This document shows, piece by piece, positions 27,884-36,799 of a stretch of DNA of 64,000 nt. Every line of letters begins with the position of its first letter. Positions within the stretch are counted from its first letter, which is position 1. Under the pieces are notes generated by a model, which saw nothing but the letters and a program-made list of their open reading frames with translations, was not told the origin of the DNA and did no database searches. Source of the stretch: a virus. The position numbers were made by a program, and so were the translations under genes. The stretch lies in IMG/VR virus record IMGVR_UViG_3300037418_003024, positions 1-64,000 of that record. One strand, written 5' to 3'.

Positions 27884-27918
27884 CAATATCGAACATGTAT
27901 TCGATATTGTGGTATAAC
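27884..27918 (+). promoter_or_regulatory. Palindromic LexA(SOS)-like box over an extended -10 promoter
   Basis: CAATATCGAACATGTATTCGATATTG (CGAAC-N4-ATTCG), then TGG-TATAAC 6 nt before ATG 27925. Confidence 0.55.
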
Positions 27919-27924
27919 TAACTT

Positions 27925-28260
27925 ATGCCACCGTTGCCTAGAAAACGTCAAGCCATGATTGAAGAGTTGCGTCGAAGAATCGCCCGTGACCGCCTTCTAC
28001 GTGGTGATTACGGCGACGCACAGATCTCCTTCGGAGATCCCGGCCGGAATAACCCCATGGCTCAAGGACGAAGACATCAGACCGGCGAAGACGTAGACGC
28101 CCGTGCGTATATCCTGCACAGTGACGAGATCGGGGTTATGGTTGAGGTAGCGTGCCCATTCTGCTTCGAATTGCACACCCACACAGTCGGGCCAGGCTGG
28201 GCCGGGGAATTGCTATTTGCTCCGTGCAGACTTGGGAGTTACCGCGCGAAGTTAGGTTAG
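27925..28260 (+). CDS. Small Zn-binding protein, probably leaderless
   Basis: CPFC...HTH...PC motif; no RBS, ATG at the predicted TSS. Confidence 0.6.
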   Translation: MPPLPRKRQAMIEELRRRIARDRLLRGDYGDAQISFGDPGRNNPMAQGRRHQTGEDVDARAYILHSDEIGVMVEVACPFCFELHTHTVGPGWAGELLFAPCRLGSYRAKLG

Positions 28261-28521
28261 GCCTTCGGGGTTACCGTTCTGGCGTTTAGGTTTCTGAGCC
28301 CGGTACCACCGCATGTAAAGAGCTCTACCGACACCGCAATCCTTCGCGTGCGTCTTGTAATCCTCGGTAGCGTCGGGGCACGAACAAGTTAACTCTTCTC
28401 GCGGACGTCCACCTTTCGCCCCATTTTCCCGTGAAGTAATGGCCTTCCGTGGCGTTTTAGCCTTTCCCATGAGCCGAGCGGCCGCTTTTCTTGCCATTGC
28501 TTCTTCTTCCTCGGTTGACAC
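28252..28521 (-). CDS. Small basic DNA-binding protein
   Basis: SRENGAKGGRPR (AT-hook-like) plus CSC...H..DC. Confidence 0.65.
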   Translation of the reverse strand: MSTEEEEAMARKAAARLMGKAKTPRKAITSRENGAKGGRPREELTCSCPDATEDYKTHAKDCGVGRALYMRWYRAQKPKRQNGNPEGLT

Positions 28522-28547
28522 GAGAGTCAGTATACCGACTCTTCTGA

Positions 28548-28657
28548 ATAGGTTCGTAAAAATTTACGAACCTAACTATTGACAAGGCGGATTCGGCCCT
28601 GTATAATCTCTATTATACGAACCTAACGTTGAGAATGTCAATAACAACGAACCTAAC
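28548..28657. promoter_or_regulatory. Overlapping opposed promoters with four ACGAACCTA operator repeats
   Basis: + TTGACA(28579)-N17-TATAAT(28602); - TTGACA(28641)-N18-TATAAT(28617); repeats at 28549 (inverted), 28566, 28617 and 28647. Confidence 0.8.
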
Positions 28658-28674
28658 GTCAGGAAAGGTGTATT

Positions 28675-28929
28675 ATGCTTAATCTGCTGGATAAAGAGGT
28701 AGCTTATCAGTCACACGTTCGAAACAACGATCGCTCTGGTTTCAATGTGGACGGTTGTTTTTATTGTGGTGGTAATCATCCGTCGGACTGTTGCATGAGT
28801 GATGCAAAAAGCGAGTATTGGCAACAGCCTTGTGAGCACGGAGTGCCCGATGGCGAACTGTGTTCTATCTGTGATGTTGAGCCAGAAGACGCTATTGAAT
28901 TTGTGGAGTGGTCGGACGACACCCCGTAG
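28675..28929 (+). CDS. Small Cys-rich protein
   Basis: CFYC, CEH, CSIC; AAGGTG RBS. Confidence 0.6.
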   Translation: MLNLLDKEVAYQSHVRNNDRSGFNVDGCFYCGGNHPSDCCMSDAKSEYWQQPCEHGVPDGELCSICDVEPEDAIEFVEWSDDTP

Positions 28930-28974
28930 TGCGTGAACCGGGGCCGCGCATCGTACACGCGGAAGGAAACTCAC

Positions 28975-30408
28975 ATGACGAACACGACCATTGAACGACC
29001 GACCTTCGTGGTAAACGCCATTGCGGCCAAAGAGTCGGCCGAGCAGAATGAGAAGCGCCGACAGGAGGAAGAGACTAAAGCGATTTTACAGCGCTGCCAC
29101 GCACTTGCGACCGATGCTTGCCAGCGGCGTAGCCCCGATCTCCTGCAGTACTTCGAACCGAAGTTGCCTTGGGGTTTTTCTTGCGGACAATACAACACCC
29201 TGAATGTGAGGCGATTTTTACAGCCTATACCGGGTGTCGGTCCTATTCTCGTTACAGTGTCGGGGCGTAAAGAAAACTTAATCGGCAAGCTGGACGGTAA
29301 GGATGACGACCCGTTCGCTGAATCTGGACACCGCGACAATCTTGCGGTCACCCTCACGTACTACGGTCCGAATGTCGATGTATCCAATCTCTCGAAGCTC
29401 GACAATTATTTCCGGTCGGACGTGACGGTAAATATCGTTTCGGCACCTGATGAGCGGTGGAATGAGTTCTGGGTCAAGGCTGCCGCGATGTTCGACGAGG
29501 CCGAACAGAGTCGATTGCGAGACGAAGCGAACAAGGCTGCAAACGAGCGACGCCAACGGGCCGGAGAGATCGGTAATCGGCTCCGCTATCGTGACGACGC
29601 GTTCGATTCCGTCGAGTCTGCAAAAGAAGCGATGAATCAGGCAATCAGTCTGGACCCTGCCAACACTGATCACTATCGCGCTTCATTTTCCGACTGGAAG
29701 TCTCGTTTCGAGAGTTGGGCTCGAATGAAGGCGGCGTGGGAGGAGCATGGCCCCGCGTTCATTGCAGCTTGGCAGGCGTGGGCTGTCGATTACGCTAAAG
29801 CCAAGTTCACAACCATCAGCAACCTCGAAAAGTGGGCCGAAGGGCTGGGCGAGGATGCGACTCATGAGTTCCGGTTGACGTATGCAGCGGTTGCTACGGA
29901 TGATGGCGAATCGTACCTGGAGCAAGGCGACGTGACCGTCCTCAGCTATAAGCCGGATGCCAACGGCTTCTACTCCGTCGTGAAATACGGCAATATCCAG
30001 AAAGTCAAGTACACCAATATCGTTTCGATCGAGGACTGCGGCATAAAGAGCTGGCGTCGAGATTTGACCGGGCTGTGCCGCAAACCCTACGTAGGTACGT
30101 ACCAGATTGTCCTGCCGCCCACAATCGATATGCCCATTGATCAGATTGAAGCGGCAGTGAAGCGATCCATGCTGATAATCGACCTTCCAGAAGAGCCGGT
30201 TGCACCGCCGGAGTTGTCCCGTCGCCAATGTGCCGCGTGTGCCCGAGAGGCTATCCGTAACATCGTCGAAGGCGCGGCCCCGGCGGTGGAAGCTTGGTTC
30301 AAGTACCTGCCGATCAGTACGCAATTTGACAGCCAGCAATCGCCGTCTAACCACTACGTAGTCGAGACCGATCGGCCTATAAAACTGGGGGCGAGCAGTG
30401 AAGAATAG
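28975..30408 (+). CDS. Hypothetical protein
   Basis: 477 aa, AAGGA RBS. Confidence 0.75.
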   Translation: MTNTTIERPTFVVNAIAAKESAEQNEKRRQEEETKAILQRCHALATDACQRRSPDLLQYFEPKLPWGFSCGQYNTLNVRRFLQPIPGVGPILVTVSGRKENLIGKLDGKDDDPFAESGHRDNLAVTLTYYGPNVDVSNLSKLDNYFRSDVTVNIVSAPDERWNEFWVKAAAMFDEAEQSRLRDEANKAANERRQRAGEIGNRLRYRDDAFDSVESAKEAMNQAISLDPANTDHYRASFSDWKSRFESWARMKAAWEEHGPAFIAAWQAWAVDYAKAKFTTISNLEKWAEGLGEDATHEFRLTYAAVATDDGESYLEQGDVTVLSYKPDANGFYSVVKYGNIQKVKYTNIVSIEDCGIKSWRRDLTGLCRKPYVGTYQIVLPPTIDMPIDQIEAAVKRSMLIIDLPEEPVAPPELSRRQCAACAREAIRNIVEGAAPAVEAWFKYLPISTQFDSQQSPSNHYVVETDRPIKLGASSEE

Positions 30409-30730
30409 ACATCATGTCAAGCGCCCAACGTCCCCGCTCTCCTCCGCCGTCGCCGACATGCTCGCCGCCGGCCCGACGCGCATGCAGGATGCGCTGATCT
30501 TCGTCGAGGAGTACGAGGGCAAACCCTGCGTCGTGCTGCGCGACGATAACACGATGACGGGAAGGCCGCTAGGGTACCGCCCCATCCATGATGGCGAGAC
30601 GCCGTCGGAGGCGCGCATGGCGTTCATACAGACGATCGCCAAAGAGCGCGAGATCCACATCGTCGACTCGGAGACTGACGACCTTCCGCTGACGTTGGAG
30701 GATGTGCCGGAGTTGGAGGGAGTCGAATGA
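30398..30730 (+). CDS. Hypothetical protein
   Basis: Coupled ORF, GGGGG RBS. Confidence 0.6.
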   Translation: MKNRHHVKRPTSPLSSAVADMLAAGPTRMQDALIFVEEYEGKPCVVLRDDNTMTGRPLGYRPIHDGETPSEARMAFIQTIAKEREIHIVDSETDDLPLTLEDVPELEGVE

Positions 30731-31104
30731 GCAACGACAACGACACGCGCCCGGTGCGCGAGATACTCGGCGAAATACGCTACCAAGCTATGGTGATGGG
30801 CGAGGCTGGCGACGATATTGCGCAGTTGGCACTTGACGCGGCTGATGCCCTCGCCGCCGCGTCAGCTTCGCCGTGGCGTCGGCGTCCGTCGTCGGGCTGG
30901 ACGGCGGAAACGCTGCCGGAATCGACGGAAATAATCATTTTCATTTACGACGGCATGGTGCAGATTGGCAACTTTAGCACAGAGTTCCAAACGTTCGTTG
31001 GTGAGTATGCGCCATTCGATCCAGCGAGTATCGAAGCCTGGATGTACGTGCCCGAATACGTCGACGCACCCGCCGACCTCGACGCGAGCGCGGAACCGGC
31101 CTAA
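30727..31104 (+). CDS. Hypothetical protein, DUF551-like C-terminus
   Basis: TLPE...IEAWMYVPE pattern. Confidence 0.55.
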   Translation: MSNDNDTRPVREILGEIRYQAMVMGEAGDDIAQLALDAADALAAASASPWRRRPSSGWTAETLPESTEIIIFIYDGMVQIGNFSTEFQTFVGEYAPFDPASIEAWMYVPEYVDAPADLDASAEPA

Positions 31105-31366
31105 CCGCGCGCACCGAAGGAGATATGCCCTGTGAAAGATGGCGTGGTTCAAACAGCGTCGGGACGTTGGAGCATTCCCTGCATGAACTGCGGAAAACGC
31201 ACGGTTCGCAAGTACAGCGACGATTTCGTTTGGTGCCGCGATTGCATGGAAACATGCGCGGAGATTGGACACGAGCCCGATGAGGACGCGCCGAACGAAT
31301 GCTATCGATGCGGATGGAATATCCGCGCAGGTCGCAACAGAAAAAAGCTGGAACCGGCCTAACCGC
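31092..31366 (+). repeat. 17-bp direct repeat GGAACCGGCCTAACCGC at gene ends
   Basis: Copies at 31092-31108 and 31350-31366, each containing a stop codon. Confidence 0.8.
31132..31362 (+). CDS. Small Cys-rich (Zn finger) protein
   Basis: CMNC, CRDC, C..GH, CYRC. Confidence 0.6.
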   Translation: MKDGVVQTASGRWSIPCMNCGKRTVRKYSDDFVWCRDCMETCAEIGHEPDEDAPNECYRCGWNIRAGRNRKKLEPA

Positions 31367-31408
31367 CCACGCCGGGGCGCGGCGGACACGCGCGAAGGAG
31401 AGACGACA

Positions 31409-31696
31409 TTGATCAACATAACTAAATCAGACTTCACTAAGCTCATGACAGTCTTCCGCGAGCACGGGGAGGCGAGCGCTGATCTACGCGAAGCATTAAT
31501 TACCATGGGATTCAAGAAGAAGCCCGACGGCGAGTTCGATTACTCAGGTATCACCGACGATCAATATCAGGTGTTGTCGCCGCTGCTGGGTCGTGTAGGC
31601 ATGTCCGCTGCTGAGTTCAGGGATTTACTTGGCGCGCAAGTGACATTGAATGGGAAAGTGTATGGTCGAGGATTTATTGACGACGGTGAGGAGTAG
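31409..31696 (+). CDS. Hypothetical protein
   Basis: AAGGAG RBS, TTG start. Confidence 0.55.
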   Translation: MINITKSDFTKLMTVFREHGEASADLREALITMGFKKKPDGEFDYSGITDDQYQVLSPLLGRVGMSAAEFRDLLGAQVTLNGKVYGRGFIDDGEE

Positions 31697-31700
31697 GCTA

Positions 31701-32162
31701 ATGACCGATAACACGCAACCGCCCTTGACGGCGGCGGAACTGGACAAGATGGAGAGTCATCCTGGTTGTGACGATATACGGAGGCGTCTCATTCGTGAAC
31801 TCCGTGACGCGCGCGCCCGTCTCGCCGCCATCGACGCGGCGGCGAAGGGCGACGTAGTTGAGGCGATAATGGACGCGCATCTGAAATATGAGGCGTTCTC
31901 AGATGTTTGCGGCACGAGTAACCAGAAAGCGATTGAGGCTCTGGATGTTGTCCGCAGTATGATCGCCGCCGAGGTTGCGCGCGCGGACGTCGCTGAGGCG
32001 CGGGCCGAACGCGCGGAGGCGGAACGGGATGCGATGCGGCCCGTCGTGGAGGCGGCGAAGACGTGGAACCGCGCGAAACACGACAGTGCCGACGCATGGC
32101 ATAAGCTGCAGGCGGTAAGGCATGCGGTCGATAATATCGCCGCGCTCGAGGAGGGGAAGTGA
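31701..32162 (+). CDS. Hypothetical coiled-coil protein
   Basis: GAGGAG RBS. Confidence 0.6.
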   Translation: MTDNTQPPLTAAELDKMESHPGCDDIRRRLIRELRDARARLAAIDAAAKGDVVEAIMDAHLKYEAFSDVCGTSNQKAIEALDVVRSMIAAEVARADVAEARAERAEAERDAMRPVVEAAKTWNRAKHDSADAWHKLQAVRHAVDNIAALEEGK

Positions 32163-32187
32163 TAACCTCCATCTCCTCGACGGCTAC
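32159..32187 (+). promoter_or_regulatory. Putative phage-sigma promoter (GTGATA-N16-CGGCTAC)
   Basis: Recurring motif; heads the modification cluster. Confidence 0.55.
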
Positions 32188-32210
32188 TTCCTTGCAGGGG
32201 GTAGCCTTTC

Positions 32211-33032
32211 ATGTTTGTCCCGCTCGATAATGGCCCGGTCGTCGACGTCTCGCTCAAAACCACACAGATCGTCGACTTTGGCGTACATGCCATTCATAGC
32301 GAAGTCGCATGGAAAGAGACGCAGGGCGACGGCATCAAGGTCGCCGTTCTCGACACCGGTTCTTCTCCCGCACACCCCGATCTCGCACTGAACGTCGTTT
32401 ACTGCTCTGGCAACGACACGCCTCAACAAGCCCACGGGACTCACGTCTCAGGGATCATCGCCGCCTGCAACAATTCGTACGGCGTCGTTGGGGTTGCGCC
32501 GGCGTCGAAGCTGTATTGCTACCAGGTGCTCCCTGGCGGCGGGGACGCGATTGCGCAAGCGATCGACGCGGCTGTCCTGCAGGGCTGCGACATCATCCAT
32601 ATGAGCCTCGGAGCGTACGGCGACTATCCGCCGCTCCACGACGCCATTAAGCGCGCCTACGCCGACGGCGTGGTGATCGTGGCCGCCGCCGGCAATGACC
32701 CGAACCAGGTCGCTTATCCGGCGGCATATCAGGAAGTGATAGCAGTCTCGGCACTCGATCAGAACATGCAGAAGGCCGTCTTCGCTCCGCTCGTTCCCAA
32801 TCACATTGCGATGCCCGGTGTGAACATCCTCTCGACGTGGGCGCCAGACCAGTATGCGCGGATGTCGGGCACGTCCCAGGCGGCTCCGCTGCTCTCCGGC
32901 ACGATCGCGCTGATGCTGGCGAAGTTCCGACCGAAGCGATCGGACGTGCATGACCTGGTGCAGCAAGAATTAACGAAGATCGACAAGCAGTCCGATTCGT
33001 TCTTCTACACCCCGGATTTGGCTCTCCTATGA
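32211..33032 (+). CDS. Subtilisin-like S8 serine protease (no signal peptide)
   Basis: VAVLDTG, HGTHVSG, AAAGND, SGTSQAAP catalytic motifs. Confidence 0.93.
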   Translation: MFVPLDNGPVVDVSLKTTQIVDFGVHAIHSEVAWKETQGDGIKVAVLDTGSSPAHPDLALNVVYCSGNDTPQQAHGTHVSGIIAACNNSYGVVGVAPASKLYCYQVLPGGGDAIAQAIDAAVLQGCDIIHMSLGAYGDYPPLHDAIKRAYADGVVIVAAAGNDPNQVAYPAAYQEVIAVSALDQNMQKAVFAPLVPNHIAMPGVNILSTWAPDQYARMSGTSQAAPLLSGTIALMLAKFRPKRSDVHDLVQQELTKIDKQSDSFFYTPDLALL

Positions 33033-33787
33033 ACACCTACGTCTACCTGGGAAACAACCGCGGACTCGCCGTGCTCCACAACGGGCTGCGCATCTACTTC
33101 GACACTCGCGACCGCGGGCTCGCGCCACACCTCGCGCTCTACGGCGAGTGGGAGAGGGCGATTGAAGACGTCGTTCACCGCAGTATCCCGGCCGGCACGA
33201 CGGTGGTCGAGGTCGGGGCGAACTTCGGATACCACACGCTGCACATGGCCGCCGCGGTGGGGCCGAGCGGCAAGGTGATCACGTGCGAGGCCAACGAGCA
33301 TCTTTGCGAACTGCTGACCGATTCGATCGAGTTGAACGGATTTCGCGACCGGGTCAGTCTGCGCAACTGTGCGGGGTGGAGCGAATCCGGCACGAAGTAT
33401 CTGGTAGCCGATCCGCAGCGGGTGGGCGGCGGCCATCTCGTAGATGAACCGCCGACGGATATCTTCGGGCTCGATTCGTTCGCGGTGAAGACCGTTCGCA
33501 TCGACGACCTTGTCGACCGAGCCGATTTCATCCGCATTGACGCGGAGGGAAGTGAGCTACGGATACTGAAGGGGGCCGAACGCGTTCTCCACAGTAATCC
33601 CAATATCCAGATTTGCATGGAGTGGTCCGTGTCGATGATGGGGCAGTACGCCGACGTCGGCGAGGGCGTGCAATGGCTGGCGGGAATGGGGTTCCGCTTC
33701 TTCCGTATTGGCGGTGACCGTTCGATATCGGAGGTTGACGACCCAGGCAGCCTTGGCCACTGTGAACTTTTCGTATGCCGGCATTAA
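33029..33787 (+). CDS. FkbM family methyltransferase
   Basis: VEVGANFG...IRIDAEGSELRILKG. Confidence 0.9.
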   Translation: MNTYVYLGNNRGLAVLHNGLRIYFDTRDRGLAPHLALYGEWERAIEDVVHRSIPAGTTVVEVGANFGYHTLHMAAAVGPSGKVITCEANEHLCELLTDSIELNGFRDRVSLRNCAGWSESGTKYLVADPQRVGGGHLVDEPPTDIFGLDSFAVKTVRIDDLVDRADFIRIDAEGSELRILKGAERVLHSNPNIQICMEWSVSMMGQYADVGEGVQWLAGMGFRFFRIGGDRSISEVDDPGSLGHCELFVCRH

Positions 33788-34647
33788 AGATCAGTTTCGA
33801 GCATGGGCTCGGGGACTGCGTCCATATCGCCCATCTGCTCAAGGTCTATCAGCGGTTCGGATATGAGTTTGAGCTTGGCGTGGAGCGCAACAAGCGGTGG
33901 TTGTTCGAAACGGCGGGGTTCCGGTGCGTCGACCGTGGCGGCTTCGGCTATCCGGATCTAGCGTACTCTGATCCCGTCCTGTTGCTGGAGGCTGACTACG
34001 GGCACTACTGGCGATGCAATAAGACGGTGATAGCGAGCCAGATGGCTCCGCTGCCGGTTGTGGCATCGATGGAGGACATGTGGTCACTCCTCTGTTGCTG
34101 GCCGAAGATCGACTATCGAACTGGGATACACGCCTCTGTGGACACTGTACGGTCGGCCCTCTGCGGGATGTCGTCTCCGATAGTGCTCATAAACGTGTCT
34201 GGTGCGACGAACAACGACCGCAAGCGTATTCCTTACGAGGTCACACGTCGCATATGTGAAGTCTTGATGTATGAGGGATGCTCTGTCGCCGTGGTGGACG
34301 GTCCGGCGCCGGTCACGCATCCGAAGTGTCGAGCCTTGCCTTATACGCTGTTTCGCGGCAATACACCGAATTGGGTGGCTTTGTTGTCGCTAGTGGACGT
34401 GCTGGTCGGGATCGATTCTGGCCCGTTCCATCTCGCAAGATACACAGGGACGAAGGCGATTGCCTACTGTCCGACGGCGTTTCACTTTCCGTCGCGGTTC
34501 TGCCTGCCGGATGATAACCATCGGTATGCCGTCCCTGTGCGGTTTTCGGCGATGGCGGCGGCCGTGCGACGGGACTACCGAATTGCGTGCTGGGACGAAG
34601 ACCCGGCGGAGACAATTATCAAGCAAGTCTGGGGGTTGCTGGGTTAA
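33775..34647 (+). CDS. Glycosyltransferase family 9-like
   Basis: HGLGDCV...LVGIDSGPFHLA. Confidence 0.8.
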   Translation: MPALKISFEHGLGDCVHIAHLLKVYQRFGYEFELGVERNKRWLFETAGFRCVDRGGFGYPDLAYSDPVLLLEADYGHYWRCNKTVIASQMAPLPVVASMEDMWSLLCCWPKIDYRTGIHASVDTVRSALCGMSSPIVLINVSGATNNDRKRIPYEVTRRICEVLMYEGCSVAVVDGPAPVTHPKCRALPYTLFRGNTPNWVALLSLVDVLVGIDSGPFHLARYTGTKAIAYCPTAFHFPSRFCLPDDNHRYAVPVRFSAMAAAVRRDYRIACWDEDPAETIIKQVWGLLG

Positions 34648-34648
34648 T

Positions 34649-36766
34649 ATGGGATGCGGATGCAACGATAAGAAAAAGGCGTCGGCGCCGGTGACGTTCA
34701 CGGCTGAGGCCGTCGAGGAAAAGCCCCGGCCGACCGGTGCGATATGGACGGTCGTGGTTGGCACTCGCGGCGGCCGGGGGATGTCCCCAGGGCTGATTGA
34801 GTCGCTCTCGGCTATCAAGAACGCCATGATCGAGTCGCACAATCAGGAGATCCGAGTCGTCATCGTCGACACGACCGTCATCGACTTCCCGGATTACGAT
34901 GTCCCCGTTGGCTTCAATATTGTTTTCATGCCGGCGAAGGAGTACTCGTGGGCGCGCGCCATGAACCTGGGCGCAACGTATTACCGGTCGTCTCACTTCC
35001 TGCTGTTCCTCCATGACGACGTGACGCTGCCGGAAGGTCCAGGCTGGCTGCGCGCCCTGCAGGAGGCGTTGGTCGACCGCGCCTGCATCGCCGTCCCGCG
35101 TGTGACCGGGCATTGCTCGTGCCCGCCGCAAGCCGGGGAGGACGACACGCCCCTGTTGTCGTTCGAAATCACAGAGTACATTTCTCCGGCCGTCGTCGCG
35201 ATCAGGCGCGATGTCTTTGTGAAGGCAGGAATGTTCCCGGACGAAATGGACGGTTACGATTGGGCACAGATCGCGCTACAGGATACCGTGGCGCGAATGG
35301 GTGGCTCGACGGTCGTCGTCCCGTCCGTGGTCGTCCACCACGCAGGGGAAAGCTCCTACACCGCCGATGAGCGCATGCAGGGCTGGGAGCGGAACATGAT
35401 TCGCTATGCCGAGATCACCGGGCAACGCGCTGAGTACAAACGCCGTCCGACGCGTGTGCGGCTCCCTTCGGCGGTCGATCGCAAGGGGCCGGCCCTGCTC
35501 TTCGTGGTCGAGGCCAATGAATCGATTGAGCGAGTGCGCAAGATCATTGACGAGAAGATGTCGACGGCGGCCGAGGTCGTGATCGTCGACCTCGCGGCGA
35601 CGGCCGAGCGGTCGGAGTCGTTTCACGCTGTTGAACAGGGGGTGAAGCTGCCGGTTCGGTATGCGCCGGCGTGGGATTCCGATCCGCTGCGGCAGGTGGT
35701 AAACCTCGCGGCTTCGCGTGACGCCGAATTGTACGACATGCGCGTCGGTGCGCCCGTGCCGGCGGTGCCGATCGTCGGGCCTCGGCTCCGCACGGGCTGG
35801 ACATATGCGCTGCCGCAACTGCTCGAGGAGATCCATCTCGGCTACCTGCAGCACGCCGGCATCGGCGACACGGTCATGACGACGCCCGCCCTCCACGCGT
35901 TCCGGCAACGGTGGCCGCATATTCGGATCGTCGCGCATCATGCATGGGCGGCCGGAGAAATCCTGCAGTTCAACCCCGATATCGACGAACTCGTCATTTA
36001 CAATTCCGGTGACCCGAACGTGCTGCCCGAAACCTTCGATATGATGGCCGGTTACGGAATGGAGGGGGCTGTTCGGCAGGCGTATCAAACCCTGTGCGTT
36101 GAGGATCTGACCGATGAACCGCGTCGCGTCCGTTACTTCTTGCAACGAGAGGAGCATGATGCGGCGGTTAAACTGCTGGCCGAACTCGGCCTTCCGCCGA
36201 CGGCGAAGCGCCTGGTCGGGATCCAGTTGCACGGAAACTGGCAGGCCAAGAACTGGTCGTCCGTCGGCGATCTGGTGCGGGCGGTTGCCGGACGCATCGG
36301 CGAGGGGTGGTATCCGATCGTGTTCGGGACCGACCAGGAGCGCATGGCGGATATCTCCGGCGTGCCGCACGTGGCGATCACGCAACAGCCACTCAGGATC
36401 GCGGCGGCGGTTATCGGGCTCCTGGATTGCCTCGTCGGGTTCGACAGCGGGCTCGGATGGCTCGCGGTGGCGCTGCGCACCCCGTGTATTAGCCTTTGGG
36501 GTCCGACCAACCCGCGTGGGTATCTGCTCGACGTCGAGACGACCAACCTCGTGACCATTCGCAAGCGCGTGCCCGACCAGTGCAAAGAGGCGACTGGTGT
36601 AAGCTGCCGCGATTTCACGTCCGGCGCCCGGTGCCCACTGCGTAAAGGGTGGGGGGCAGATTGTATCGACGAAATAACCGTCGACGAAGTCATGGGACAT
36701 TTGGAGGCGATGCCGACGTGGGATCGCCCGATTGAAGACCGCTGGTACGAGAGGCTGGCGGGATAG
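34649..36766 (+). CDS. GT2 + GT9 glycosyltransferase fusion
   Basis: ARAMNLG...LFLHDD (GT2); AGIGDTVMTTPAL...VGFDSGLGWLAVAL...LWGPT (GT9). Confidence 0.85.
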   Translation: MGCGCNDKKKASAPVTFTAEAVEEKPRPTGAIWTVVVGTRGGRGMSPGLIESLSAIKNAMIESHNQEIRVVIVDTTVIDFPDYDVPVGFNIVFMPAKEYSWARAMNLGATYYRSSHFLLFLHDDVTLPEGPGWLRALQEALVDRACIAVPRVTGHCSCPPQAGEDDTPLLSFEITEYISPAVVAIRRDVFVKAGMFPDEMDGYDWAQIALQDTVARMGGSTVVVPSVVVHHAGESSYTADERMQGWERNMIRYAEITGQRAEYKRRPTRVRLPSAVDRKGPALLFVVEANESIERVRKIIDEKMSTAAEVVIVDLAATAERSESFHAVEQGVKLPVRYAPAWDSDPLRQVVNLAASRDAELYDMRVGAPVPAVPIVGPRLRTGWTYALPQLLEEIHLGYLQHAGIGDTVMTTPALHAFRQRWPHIRIVAHHAWAAGEILQFNPDIDELVIYNSGDPNVLPETFDMMAGYGMEGAVRQAYQTLCVEDLTDEPRRVRYFLQREEHDAAVKLLAELGLPPTAKRLVGIQLHGNWQAKNWSSVGDLVRAVAGRIGEGWYPIVFGTDQERMADISGVPHVAITQQPLRIAAAVIGLLDCLVGFDSGLGWLAVALRTPCISLWGPTNPRGYLLDVETTNLVTIRKRVPDQCKEATGVSCRDFTSGARCPLRKGWGADCIDEITVDEVMGHLEAMPTWDRPIEDRWYERLAG

Positions 36767-36794
36767 GCTTCATGGCGTGGGGGCGCATTGGAGC
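36767..36794 (+). promoter_or_regulatory. RBS-sequestering hairpin, copy 3 (before radical SAM gene)
   Basis: GCTTCATGGCGTGGGGGCGCATTGGAGC; GTG start at 36800. Confidence 0.65.
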
Positions 36795-36799
36795 ATGAG

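Noticed and set aside
35276-36700. Long antisense ORFs (also 3576-4844, 39336-40613, 59627-60724)
   Set aside because: Shadows of high-GC sense genes with clear motifs; no RBS or domains
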